Shown one piece after another: positions 1-9,042 of a stretch of DNA of 64,000 nucleotides. Position 1 is the stretch's first letter; every line of letters starts with the position of its first letter. The notes beneath the pieces were generated by a model. That model was given only the letters and a program-made list of their open reading frames with translations, searched no databases and was not told where the DNA came from. The translations under genes were made by a program, and so were the position numbers. The stretch covers positions 1,979-65,978 of the forward strand of contig JAFWBD010000042.1 of NCBI GenBank assembly GCA_017507325.1. Reading direction: 5' to 3'. The DNA is from Clostridia bacterium. Its GTDB lineage: Bacteria; Bacillota; Clostridia; Oscillospirales; SIG627.

Positions 1-50
1 ACGGATTCTTTGCCATTTCGGGTCTTTGCCGTCGGGGACGGGGGGACACG

Positions 51-1745
51 GTGGTGGCCAAGATTCTGGCATTGGTGATACTGTTCTTTATGATCCTTCT
101 GGTGTTTACGCTGTCCAACGTGATCACGGCGGGGGTTCTGTGGAAGGGCTTTTCCAATCCCCTCCAAGGGGTTCAGGCCTTGAGCGAGAGAACGGTGGAT
201 CTGGCGCTGTTCCCCTTCCGGGCCAATATGATCGAAGCGTATTTATTCCTGTTTTTCCTTCGCTTTATGGCGATTTTGCTGCTGTTTGCCTTTGTATTTG
301 CCGTTTGCGCCATCACCAAGCGGATCTGGTCCTCCCTGGTTTTGGGAATGGGATATATTCTGCTGAGTCAGAATTTGGGTTCTCTGTTGCCTGCGGAGGG
401 CTTTTCGGGCTGGAAATACCTGAATCTGCGGGATCTGTTTTCGCCTCAGGGGACCATTGTTCGGTTCCGTGCGGTGGAGCTTTTGGATCGGGTGGTGGAT
501 CTGAATGCGATGCTGATCCTTTTGGCGGCAGGATCGCTGGTTTTGGCGGCGGTGATCTCCGTGGCGGTATGGGCCAAAAGGGGACTGCCCGCCATTCGTG
601 AGAAGATCCGCATTTCCCCTCGGGAGCTTTTTACCCGCATTACGGGGAAAAAGAAGCTTTTCAAGCCCTTCGGCGGTACGGGCTTTTTGTTCCACGAATT
701 TTTCAAGCTTCGCGCGCTGTTTTTGGTGCTTTTGCTTTTGGTGGGCTTGAAGGTCTACGATGCCAAGGAATACTATCAGAAGATCGATTCCGCTTATGAG
801 AGAATGTATGAAAAATACCTGGATAGCGGGATCGGCGGGCCGTATTCCGAGGAAAAGGCGCAGAAGATCCGAGATGATCTGCGCTATTACGCTCAGATCA
901 CGGGGAAAGTCGAACAAATGTACGAGGGCTTTATGAATAAGACCGTTTCCTCCGTGGAATACAAGGCCTTTATGGATGAATACTCCGTGGCTGAGGTGAT
1001 GAAGGACGTTTTGGAAAATCTTCAGGAGCGAGCGATCTATCTTGGCGAATTGCAGGAAAAGGAAGGCATTACGGGATACTTTTTATACGAGACCGGCTAC
1101 GGCTATTACGTTTCCCGCGGGGTGGATTGGTTCCTTCTGGTCTTCTTGGCCTTGGTGGCGCTTCGGATGTATTTGACGGAATTTGAGAAAAACAATTCCG
1201 GCAGCAGCGCCTATCACGTGATCCAGACCACGCCGAGAGGGCGGGAGGAAATGTTCGGAAGAAAGCTTCTGAGTCTTTGGCTGATTGCGGTGCCCGTGAC
1301 GATTCTGTTTTACGGGATCGATCTGTATTACCTGACAAAGGGCTTTTCGTTGCCCGAGCTTTCCGCCCCCGCGGTGAGCCTTTCCATTTATCGCGGGATG
1401 CTGGGGAGCATGAGCTTGCGAGATTGGATGGTGGCAAGCCTTGTCTTGCGGGTGCTGGGAATGCTTTTGTATTCGGCGGCAGCCTTTCTGGCGGCCTTTT
1501 GGACAAAGCAGCCCTTCCGCGCTTATGCGCTGACGGCATCGCTTCTGTTCATTCCCCATTTTGCTCAGCAGAGCGGAATTTCGATCTGCGAATGGATCGA
1601 TATTACGATGTTTTTTGACGTGGATCGGATGATGCGGACCCTAAAGCCCGCACTCTTCGGACTGTATTTTGCAGTTGGTTTGATTCTGACGGCGCTCTTC
1701 CTTTCGAAGGCGGCCAAAAAAACAAAAGGAGGACAGGTGGTATGA
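51..1745 (+). CDS. Multi-pass membrane protein, probable permease partner of the downstream ABC ATPase. The frame is open back to nt 3, so the true start may lie upstream of the window.
   Basis: 564-aa ORF with hydrophobic helices at both ends flanking a ~150-aa charged soluble insert. Its stop overlaps the next start (ATGA at 1742-1745), indicating translational coupling. Confidence 0.55.
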   Translation: MVAKILALVILFFMILLVFTLSNVITAGVLWKGFSNPLQGVQALSERTVDLALFPFRANMIEAYLFLFFLRFMAILLLFAFVFAVCAITKRIWSSLVLGMGYILLSQNLGSLLPAEGFSGWKYLNLRDLFSPQGTIVRFRAVELLDRVVDLNAMLILLAAGSLVLAAVISVAVWAKRGLPAIREKIRISPRELFTRITGKKKLFKPFGGTGFLFHEFFKLRALFLVLLLLVGLKVYDAKEYYQKIDSAYERMYEKYLDSGIGGPYSEEKAQKIRDDLRYYAQITGKVEQMYEGFMNKTVSSVEYKAFMDEYSVAEVMKDVLENLQERAIYLGELQEKEGITGYFLYETGYGYYVSRGVDWFLLVFLALVALRMYLTEFEKNNSGSSAYHVIQTTPRGREEMFGRKLLSLWLIAVPVTILFYGIDLYYLTKGFSLPELSAPAVSLSIYRGMLGSMSLRDWMVASLVLRVLGMLLYSAAAFLAAFWTKQPFRAYALTASLLFIPHFAQQSGISICEWIDITMFFDVDRMMRTLKPALFGLYFAVGLILTALFLSKAAKKTKGGQVV

Positions 1746-2655
1746 GGCTGAAAATCGAAGAATTATCCAAGAGCTACGGAAAAACCCGAGCTTTGATTCA
1801 ATTTTCCATGGAAATGGAAAGCGGAATTTACGCTCTCTTGGGCCCCAACGGAAGCGGGAAATCCACCTTGATGAACATCATTACGGATAATCTGCAGGCG
1901 GACAGCGGACGGATCTTGTACCGCAACGAGGCGGGAGAGGAAGAAGAAACGGGAAAATGGGAAAGAGCTTCCGCTCGCTGGTGGGCTATATGCCGCAATA
2001 CCCCGGTCTTTACGCCAATTTTACCGTGAGCCGTTTTCTGTGGTATATGGCGGTTTTGAAGGACGTGGCGCGGGACAAAAAGGGGAGAGAAAAGCGGAAG
2101 TATCTGGAGGCGCACATTCGAGGCCTTTTGGAGGCGGTGGAGCTTTGGGACGTGGCGGGAAGAAAGATCTCGGCTCTCTCGGGCGGCATGAAGCAGCGCC
2201 TCGGCTTGGCGCAGGCTCTTTTGGGGGATCCCGATATCATCATTCTGGATGAGCCCACGGCGGGGCTGGATCCCAAGCAGCGGATCGCCATTCGCAATCT
2301 GATCGCCTCGGTGGCGCTGAATAAGATCGTTCTCATTGCCACCCACGTGGTTTCCGACGTGGAATTCATTGCCAGCAAGGTTTTGATGCTGAAAAAGGGA
2401 GAGGTGGTCTCCTTTGATTCCCCGAGCGGACTGATGAGAACCATGGAGGGGAAGGTCTGGATGTATCCCGTACCGCGGGAGCGGCTGGAGGAGATGCAGA
2501 AGACATTCAAGGTGATCGGCCTTGCGCGGGATGAGAAGGAAGGGTACGTTTTGATGCGGGTGCTTTCCGAGGAAAAGCCCGGCGAGGAGGCCTATGCCGC
2601 CAAGCCCACCCTGGAGGACTGCTATCTTTCCGTATTTGACGAGGAGATCGTATAA
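1742..2655 (+). pseudogene. ABC transporter ATP-binding protein interrupted by a 1-nt frameshift
   Basis: Walker A GPNGSGKST lies in the frame starting at 1742, which stops at 2029. Q-loop GYMPQ, signature LSGGMKQR, Walker B IIILDEPTAGLD and H-loop IATH lie in the -1 frame (ORF 1957-2655). Total length is 914 nt = 3n+2. Confidence 0.8.
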
Positions 2656-2662
2656 CGAAAAA

Positions 2663-2700
2663 GCACAAGCCCGTTTCTCGGGCTTGTGCACTCTTTTTTT
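2663..2700. terminator. Bidirectional rho-independent terminator between convergent genes
   Basis: Perfect 11-bp stem gcacaagcccg/cgggcttgtgc with loop tttct, followed by a T-run (2693-2700) and preceded by an A-run. Confidence 0.75.
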
Positions 2701-2705
2701 AGGGG

Positions 2706-3824
2706 TTACCACTCCAAAAGGGAGCTGCTTTCGTAACGGGAGAGGAGCGCCTCGGCGAGTCCCTCCACCGAGAAGCGATCCTCGGTTTCGCGGATCCTTT
2801 CGGCGGGGAAATTCCGTACGGAGATGCTTTGGTGAATGGCGCGGATGACCTTGGTGTGGGCCATGGCGGTCTTTACGGTGCAAACGGGGGGGACGCCCGT
2901 TTTGGCGGCGGCAATACAGAGATTCAATTTGTTTACCACGGGGTTTTCCCCCTCCTCGGGGGAGCCGTAATCGATCTCGGTGCCGTCGGCAAGGAGGGCG
3001 CGGACTCTTTTTTCCCCATCGCCGTCGTAGAAAACGGTTCCCTTTTCGAATTCATAGGAAAAGACGGGATTTTTCTTGGGGCTTGCCACGTGAGAGGCGG
3101 AAAAATAAAGGGGAACGCCTCCTGCGCGGAGGCTTATGGTGCAGGTATCAAAGGTTTCAATGGGATAAGCCCGATAGCAGCTGCCTGTGACCTCCTCGGG
3201 ATCGGCGCTTTCCGAAAGGGAGGGGCCCAAGAGAAAGAGCATATTGTGAATGTAGTGGGCGCAGGCATTGGAGGCGATGGAATCCAGAACGGGCACACCC
3301 TCTCGCTCCATTTTTCCCGCCCAGCCCACGCCGCGGGCGTAGTATTCCTTTTTGCGGGGCCAAAGGATCAGGGTCTTCATAGACTTGGGTTTGCCAAGGC
3401 GGCCGGAGAGAATATCCTTTTTCAAGCGAAGAATGGCCTCGGAAAAAGACCATTGATAGCCAACGGCCAAGAATTTTCCCGTTTCCGCCATCGCCCGCTC
3501 CATGGCCTCGGCCTCCTCTACGGTGGGAGCAACGGGCTTTTCGCAGAGAACGTGAGAGCCGTTTTTGAGACAGAAAACGGCTTGCGCGCTATGGAGAAAT
3601 ACGGGGGTGGCCAAAATGGCCAGATCGGCACGGTTTTCCCGATAAAAGCTCTTCGCATCGGGATAAACGGGCACGCCCGAGGCCAAAATCAGATCTCGGG
3701 TGGGGCAGGTATCAAAATAAGGCTCTACCACCCCCTTCAAAAGAGACTTCTTTTCGGGATCGCCCAAAAGGGCTTTGATATAATGGGCGCCGTAGCCGCC
3801 GGCGCCGATGAGTAAAATTTTCAC
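2706..3824 (-). CDS. Gfo/Idh/MocA-family NAD(P)-dependent oxidoreductase
   Basis: 372 aa. N-terminal Rossmann motif MKILLIGAGGYG and a family-typical EKP motif (LCEKPVA). The start overlaps the upstream stop. Confidence 0.8.
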   Translation of the reverse strand: MKILLIGAGGYGAHYIKALLGDPEKKSLLKGVVEPYFDTCPTRDLILASGVPVYPDAKSFYRENRADLAILATPVFLHSAQAVFCLKNGSHVLCEKPVAPTVEEAEAMERAMAETGKFLAVGYQWSFSEAILRLKKDILSGRLGKPKSMKTLILWPRKKEYYARGVGWAGKMEREGVPVLDSIASNACAHYIHNMLFLLGPSLSESADPEEVTGSCYRAYPIETFDTCTISLRAGGVPLYFSASHVASPKKNPVFSYEFEKGTVFYDGDGEKRVRALLADGTEIDYGSPEEGENPVVNKLNLCIAAAKTGVPPVCTVKTAMAHTKVIRAIHQSISVRNFPAERIRETEDRFSVEGLAEALLSRYESSSLLEW

Positions 3825-4756
3825 GGGGATACCTCCTTGGTTTGGTGTTCGTCGGCAGAGGCGCGGGCCAGAAGGGAGATGCGGGTCAGCATCAAAATCT
3901 CCTCCAAGGGGATCAGATCACGGCCCTTGAGAAATTCCAGCGCCAAAAGAGGGGCCTCGGTGGGGGTGAATTCCTCGGTTTTTTCTCCGTCGATCACAAG
4001 ATAGCGGTCCTCGAAGACCTCGATGATCCCTTCCTCTCCCACCACGCGGATCCGATCGTCTCCGTGGGTCTTGGCGCCCTTGGGACGGTAATAATCCAGA
4101 TTGGCGGAGGCGAGAATGCCGCCTTCCATTTCAAATTGGCAAAGGGCGGTCATTTCGGGATCGCCCCGATGCAGGGCGGTGACCCTTTGGAAGGGGGCAT
4201 CGGCAAAATGATAGATCCAATCGATGGCGTGGATCCCCACCCAAGGAATGGTGCCGGTATACAGCTCGCGGTTTTGATACCAAGTCGGGCGGTTGCCGAA
4301 GCGGTAGCTTTTTTGCGCGTTGAGCATACGGACCTTGCCGATCCTTCCCGCACGCACCTTCTCGGCCGCCTCGTAGAAGGAGGGGGTGAAGCGGAGAAAA
4401 TGCATGGCGGCAAAGCGAATGTTGTTTTCCCGAACGGCTTTTTCCACCGCCGCCAGCTCCTCGAGACTGCCCGCCACGGGCTTTTCCGCCAAAATGTCGA
4501 TCCCCATAGCGGCAACGCGGCACAGAATCGAGGCGGTGAGCCCGAAAACGGGGGAAATGACCGCCACGTCGGGCTTTTCGGTGCGGAGCATTTCTTCGTA
4601 GGAGGCGTAGATCTTTCCCTCATAGCCCCGAAAGGGCTCCGTGCTCTCCTCGGCACTTCCCGGCGCGTAGCCCACAAATTCCGCCTCGGGATGCTCCTTC
4701 ATTTCCCGAAAGGCGCGGGCGCTGTGGCCGCTTTTTCCAATGAAACAAATCTTCAT
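3821..4756 (-). CDS. Gfo/Idh/MocA-family oxidoreductase (second paralogue)
   Basis: 311 aa. N-terminus MKICFIGKSGH and motif AEKPVA; co-oriented and overlapping with 2706-3824. Confidence 0.75.
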   Translation of the reverse strand: MKICFIGKSGHSARAFREMKEHPEAEFVGYAPGSAEESTEPFRGYEGKIYASYEEMLRTEKPDVAVISPVFGLTASILCRVAAMGIDILAEKPVAGSLEELAAVEKAVRENNIRFAAMHFLRFTPSFYEAAEKVRAGRIGKVRMLNAQKSYRFGNRPTWYQNRELYTGTIPWVGIHAIDWIYHFADAPFQRVTALHRGDPEMTALCQFEMEGGILASANLDYYRPKGAKTHGDDRIRVVGEEGIIEVFEDRYLVIDGEKTEEFTPTEAPLLALEFLKGRDLIPLEEILMLTRISLLARASADEHQTKEVSP

Positions 4757-4765
4757 AGCTACTCC

Positions 4766-6073
4766 TTAATCATCATATTCTATCAGCATCACCGCATCGG
4801 AATGCCAGCCGCCCGTATGGGAGCCGTATTCTCCCTCGTGCCAATAGACGGGCATATTGTCCTGGGCGTGGATCGGAACGACGGGACGCCAGATCTTCTT
4901 CCCCTCTTTTTCGGGAATGCGGCGAAGGACCTGCTCCAGGGCGTAGCTTTTGCCGTTATCGTGGGACAGGTAGCTTTCCAGCACCCGACATTCTCCGTCA
5001 AAGCGGGCGATGAAAATGCGGTTGGTATAGACGGGGGCGATGCCGATCTTGTTTTTCCAGATGCCCGCCTCGCCCACGCCGTAATAATAGGCCATTCCGC
5101 CAAGATAGGTCTGAGAGCCGTCGGGAATATTGCGGGAAAGAAATTCTCCCGCCTTGCAGATGGGATCGGAAATGTTCCAGGTGCCGTCGCGGAAGGTGGC
5201 GGACCGGTAACAGGGCTTTTCGGGGTCGGGAGCCTCGGGGCAATCCAGCACGAAGGGGGCAAAGCCTACCCTAAGAGGCAGGGTGGGAGAGACCTCCAAA
5301 AGGCGCACCGTGGTTCCCTCGGGGGAGGCGTAGACGGTATCCAATTGGTCAAGGCGAATCAATCCGCCTCGGTACAGATTCAAGGGGGTTTCACTGCCGT
5401 CGGTCTTTAACAGGGTTCCGTCGGCACGGAAAATGCCGCTGCGGATGTTGTGATCCTGCGAGGCACGGGGGTGCCCGTAAAGAGCAAAGAAAAACTGCTC
5501 CTTCTCGGGGGTGTTGAGATACTGCTTGCGCACGTTGAGATAAAACAGACCGCCCTGATCCGACTCCAAAAACTTCACGGGCTCGCTCCAGCTGAGGCCC
5601 TCGTCGGCGGAATAGCGAAACTGCCAGGTGACGGAGCTGACACGGCAAAAAAACCAAAGCTCATTTTTTACGGTGTTTTCATACAGCTGGGCATAGGTGA
5701 CCGAGCCGTCGTAACAGAGGGTTTTTTCGGGGCCGAAGGAGAAAATATCGTAGGGCTTTTCCGTGATGCGGTAATGGATGCCGTGAACGTTGTGCCCCGT
5801 ATAGGCGACGATGATTTTTCCCGATTCCGTAATGCAAACGGAAGGGGCGTTGTGCTCGTCGGCATAGTTGCAGTTGAGGGTGCAAAGGCGCACGTCGCGG
5901 GAAGGGGTCTTGGAGCACTTGGCGTCCATTTCCTTTAAATGGATCTCGCCCATATCCGTAACGTAAGCAATATAGGTCAAACCGTTTGCGGCTACAATGG
6001 CCTTTTCGTTGATCCACCAATCGGTGTTGGCTCGTTTGATTTTTTTGATGACGCTGTTTTTCAAATCAATCAT
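4766..6073 (-). CDS. Cytoplasmic BNR/Asp-box repeat (sialidase-fold, BNR_4-like) protein
   Basis: Two Asp-box motifs (SADEGLSWSEP, SHDNGKSY) and no signal peptide. Start chosen at ATG 6073 (MIDLKN) with a GAGG RBS 9 nt upstream, rather than the ORF-track start at 6115. Confidence 0.6.
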   Translation of the reverse strand: MIDLKNSVIKKIKRANTDWWINEKAIVAANGLTYIAYVTDMGEIHLKEMDAKCSKTPSRDVRLCTLNCNYADEHNAPSVCITESGKIIVAYTGHNVHGIHYRITEKPYDIFSFGPEKTLCYDGSVTYAQLYENTVKNELWFFCRVSSVTWQFRYSADEGLSWSEPVKFLESDQGGLFYLNVRKQYLNTPEKEQFFFALYGHPRASQDHNIRSGIFRADGTLLKTDGSETPLNLYRGGLIRLDQLDTVYASPEGTTVRLLEVSPTLPLRVGFAPFVLDCPEAPDPEKPCYRSATFRDGTWNISDPICKAGEFLSRNIPDGSQTYLGGMAYYYGVGEAGIWKNKIGIAPVYTNRIFIARFDGECRVLESYLSHDNGKSYALEQVLRRIPEKEGKKIWRPVVPIHAQDNMPVYWHEGEYGSHTGGWHSDAVMLIEYDD

Positions 6074-6204
6074 GGCATAACCTCGCTTTTTTTGATTGCA
6101 AGAACAGTATACCACATAAAAAAAGAATAAAAAACAGTTTTTTCAGAACAAAAGGTTTGATTTTCAAAACAAAAGCTGTTACAATGGAAGCGGGAGGGAT
6201 GAAA

Positions 6205-6948
6205 ATGGCGTTTACCGATTACGAAAGCTTTCGTATTTTGAATATTGCCCGTATCAGGCGAAAAGGAAGAAAGAGCAATACCGTAAAGCGAGATTGGTCC
6301 TCGCTGGGCTTTCGCCTGTCGGGAGAATCGCTCTTTACCTACGACGGAGGGCAGATCCGCGCCGATGCGGGGAGCATCACCTATTTGCCCAGAAGCCTTT
6401 CCTTTCGGAGAGAATCGGAGGGGGAGGAGGTGATCGTGGTGCATTTGGACTGCCACGAAAAGGAGAATCTCGGTATCGAATCATCGGACGGAACGGCGCT
6501 GCGGCCGATTTTCGAGGAAATGGTAACGTTGTGGCAGAATAAGGCATCGGGATATCGCCATCGCTGTCAAGCCCTGCTCCATTTGGCCCTGGCCCGACTT
6601 TCGGAGGGAGAAGCCGATCGGGCGCAGGATGTGATCCGTCCCGCCGTTTTGTATTTGGATCAGCATTTTGACGATCCGAGCTTGACGGTGGAAACGCTTT
6701 CTTCTCTATGCTGTGTGACGCCCGAATATTTTCGGCGGCTGTACCGAAGGGCCTACGGAACCTCGCCCCGCCGAGCCTTGGTGGAAAAAAGGCTGGAGCG
6801 GGCTTGCCTTCTGTTGCAAAGCGGGGATTATACCGTCAGGGAAGCTTCCCTTCTTTGCGGCTTTTCGGATGCCAAGTATTTTTGCGCCAGCTTTTCCCGC
6901 CGCTTCGGGATCCCTCCGACCGCCTATAAAAGAAAATACGTTCGATAG
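6205..6948 (+). CDS. AraC-family transcriptional regulator
   Basis: C-terminal double HTH of AraC type (…YFRRLYRRAYGTSPRRALVEKRLERACLLL…FSDAKYFCASFSRRFGIPPTAYKR). Start is ambiguous (6157 TTG, 6184, 6199, 6205); 6205 has a GGGAGGG RBS 7 nt upstream. Divergent from the BNR gene. Confidence 0.8.
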   Translation: MAFTDYESFRILNIARIRRKGRKSNTVKRDWSSLGFRLSGESLFTYDGGQIRADAGSITYLPRSLSFRRESEGEEVIVVHLDCHEKENLGIESSDGTALRPIFEEMVTLWQNKASGYRHRCQALLHLALARLSEGEADRAQDVIRPAVLYLDQHFDDPSLTVETLSSLCCVTPEYFRRLYRRAYGTSPRRALVEKRLERACLLLQSGDYTVREASLLCGFSDAKYFCASFSRRFGIPPTAYKRKYVR

Positions 6949-6954
6949 AAAGCC

Positions 6955-6982
6955 AAGAGGCACCTGCATGCAGGTGCCTCTT
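6955..6982. terminator. Perfect 28-nt palindrome between convergent araC-like and pckG genes
   Basis: aagaggcacctgc/gcaggtgcctctt forms a perfect hairpin. It lacks a strong U-tract, so confidence is lower. Confidence 0.5.
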
Positions 6983-6995
6983 GATGAGAAAAGAC

Positions 6996-8771
6996 TTATT
7001 TCAGGTTGTTCTTCAGGGTCTCCAGCTGAGAAGCGAGCTCAGCGGGGAGACGGTCGAATTTCTTGTAGTACTCGGTTACGTCCTCAGCGTACTCAACCCA
7101 AGCCTCGCGATCCACGGAAAGGATGCCCTTGAGGGTCTCAATATCCATATCCAGATCGGTCAGATCGATATCCTCGGGTCTGGGAATGTAGCCGATGGCG
7201 GTCTCTTCTGCATCGGCTTTGCCTTCGCAACGGTCGATGATCCAGTTGAGCACTCTCATATTGTCACCGAAGCCGGGCCAAATGAAGTTGCCTTCATCAT
7301 CGGTACGGAACCAGTTGACGTTGAAGATCTTGGGAGCCTTGTCACCGAGCTTTTCGCCCATATCCAGCCAATGCTGGAAGTAATCGCCCATATTGTAGCC
7401 GCAGAAGGGAAGCATAGCCATAGGATCGTGACGAACCACGCCCACGGCGCCGGCAGCGGCGGCAGTGGTCTCGGAGGCCATAATGGAGCCTACGAATACG
7501 CCGTTCTTCCAATCCTTGGACTGATACACCAGAGGAGCAAGCTTGGCTCTTCTGCCGCCGAAGATGATGGCGGAGATGGGAACGCCCGCACCCTTGTCGA
7601 ATTCATCGGAAATGCAGGGGCAGTTGGCCGCGGGAGCGGTGAAGCGGGAGTTGGGATGAGCGGCGCAGGTGGTCTTGTCGGCCTTGTTGAACTTGGCGGG
7701 ATCCCAAGGATTGCCCTTCCAATCCAAGGAGTTCTCGGGCAGATTCTTGTTCAGACCCTCCCACCAAACGGTATTGTCGTTCAGATCGAGACAAACGTTG
7801 GTAAAGATGGTGTTCTTCTTGGTGGAGGCCAGTGCGTTGAAGTTGGACTTCTCGTTGGTACCGGGAGCCACGCCGAAGAAGCCGTTCTCGGGGTTGATGG
7901 CGTAGAGTCTGCCGTCGGCACCGATGCGCATCCAGGCGATGTCATCACCCACGGTCCAAACCTTGTAGCCCTTCTTGCGGAGGTATTCCGGAGGGATGAG
8001 CATGGCAAGGTTGGTTTTTCCGCAAGCGGAGGGGAAGGCGGCGGCGACGTATTTCACCTCGCCCTTGGGATTTTCCAGTCCGAGAATGAGCATATGCTCG
8101 GCCATCCAGCCTTCCTTCCAGCCCTGGTAGGAGGCAATACGGAGAGCGAAGCACTTCTTGCCCAAAAGCACGTTTCCGCCGTAACCGGAGTTCACGGAGA
8201 TGATGGTGTTATCCTCGGGGAACTGGCAGATATATCTCTTCTCGGGATCAATATCGCATCTGGAGTGGAGGCAGCGAACCCAATCGTTGGAATCGCCCAG
8301 AACCTCCAATACCTTGGAGCCGACACGGGTCATAATGACCATATTCAAAACCACGTAGATGGAATCGGTTACCTCGATACCGATCTTGGCCAAGGGAGAG
8401 CCGACGGGACCCATGGAATAAGGAATCACGTACATGGTCTTTCCCTGATAGGAGCCGCGGGCGATATCGTACAGCTTCTTGTACATCTCTGCGGGAGCGC
8501 ACCAATTGTTGGTGGGGCCTGCATCCTCCTTTACGGTGGTGCAGATAAAGGTTCTGTCCTCAACGCGTGCCACGTCGTTGGGGTTGGTTCTGTGAAGATA
8601 GCAGCCGGGAAGCTTTTCCTCGTTGAGCTTCATCATTTCACCGGTCTTGACGGCCTCGGCACGGAGCGCCTCCAGCTGAGCCTCGTCACCGGTGATCCAT
8701 TCTACCTTCGCGGGATTGAGAAGAGAGACCATCTCTTCGATCCACTTATTTACGGTTGCATTGGTGGTCAT
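6996..8771 (-). CDS. pckG: Phosphoenolpyruvate carboxykinase (GTP)
   Basis: About 590 aa with GTP-PEPCK hallmarks (…FPSACGKTNLAML…, …NWFR…D…G.FIWPGFGDN…). Start moved to ATG 8771 (MTTNATV) because the promoter -10 at 8816-8821 leaves no room for an RBS before 8795. Confidence 0.9.
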   Translation of the reverse strand: MTTNATVNKWIEEMVSLLNPAKVEWITGDEAQLEALRAEAVKTGEMMKLNEEKLPGCYLHRTNPNDVARVEDRTFICTTVKEDAGPTNNWCAPAEMYKKLYDIARGSYQGKTMYVIPYSMGPVGSPLAKIGIEVTDSIYVVLNMVIMTRVGSKVLEVLGDSNDWVRCLHSRCDIDPEKRYICQFPEDNTIISVNSGYGGNVLLGKKCFALRIASYQGWKEGWMAEHMLILGLENPKGEVKYVAAAFPSACGKTNLAMLIPPEYLRKKGYKVWTVGDDIAWMRIGADGRLYAINPENGFFGVAPGTNEKSNFNALASTKKNTIFTNVCLDLNDNTVWWEGLNKNLPENSLDWKGNPWDPAKFNKADKTTCAAHPNSRFTAPAANCPCISDEFDKGAGVPISAIIFGGRRAKLAPLVYQSKDWKNGVFVGSIMASETTAAAAGAVGVVRHDPMAMLPFCGYNMGDYFQHWLDMGEKLGDKAPKIFNVNWFRTDDEGNFIWPGFGDNMRVLNWIIDRCEGKADAEETAIGYIPRPEDIDLTDLDMDIETLKGILSVDREAWVEYAEDVTEYYKKFDRLPAELASQLETLKNNLK

Positions 8772-8815
8772 AGGAAATTTCCTTTCAATTTTCATTTTTG
8801 TTCAGAATTCACTCT

Positions 8816-8844
8816 ATTATACTAAAATGCCGAAAATAATGCAA
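8816..8844 (-). promoter_or_regulatory. Sigma-A-type promoter of pckG
   Basis: Minus strand reads TTGCAT-17 nt-TATAAT. Confidence 0.6.
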
Positions 8845-8965
8845 GGGGAAAATGAAAAAAAGCAAAAAAAAGAACATTTTTTTCCGCTCCGATGAATTTT
8901 GGAGGACGAAGAAGGCTTTTTTTCAAAGAAAGAGGCATCTTTTCACAAAAAAATCACAAAAACAT

Positions 8966-8994
8966 TTGAAATGGAGCAAACTATGTATTATAAT
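8966..8994 (+). promoter_or_regulatory. Sigma-A-type promoter of the M16-lgt-folD gene string
   Basis: TTGAAA-17 nt-TATAAT, 49 nt upstream of ATG 9043. Confidence 0.6.
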
Positions 8995-9042
8995 ATAAAG
9001 AAGTATGCAAGGAATTCCCTCGGAATTCGGAAAGGAACCCAA

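Noticed and set aside
6981-8825. 614-aa ORF on the + strand
   Set aside because: It is entirely antisense to the well-supported GTP-PEPCK gene. Its translation is low-complexity (G/V/H/L-rich) with no recognisable motif or RBS. This is a typical shadow ORF in GC-rich DNA.
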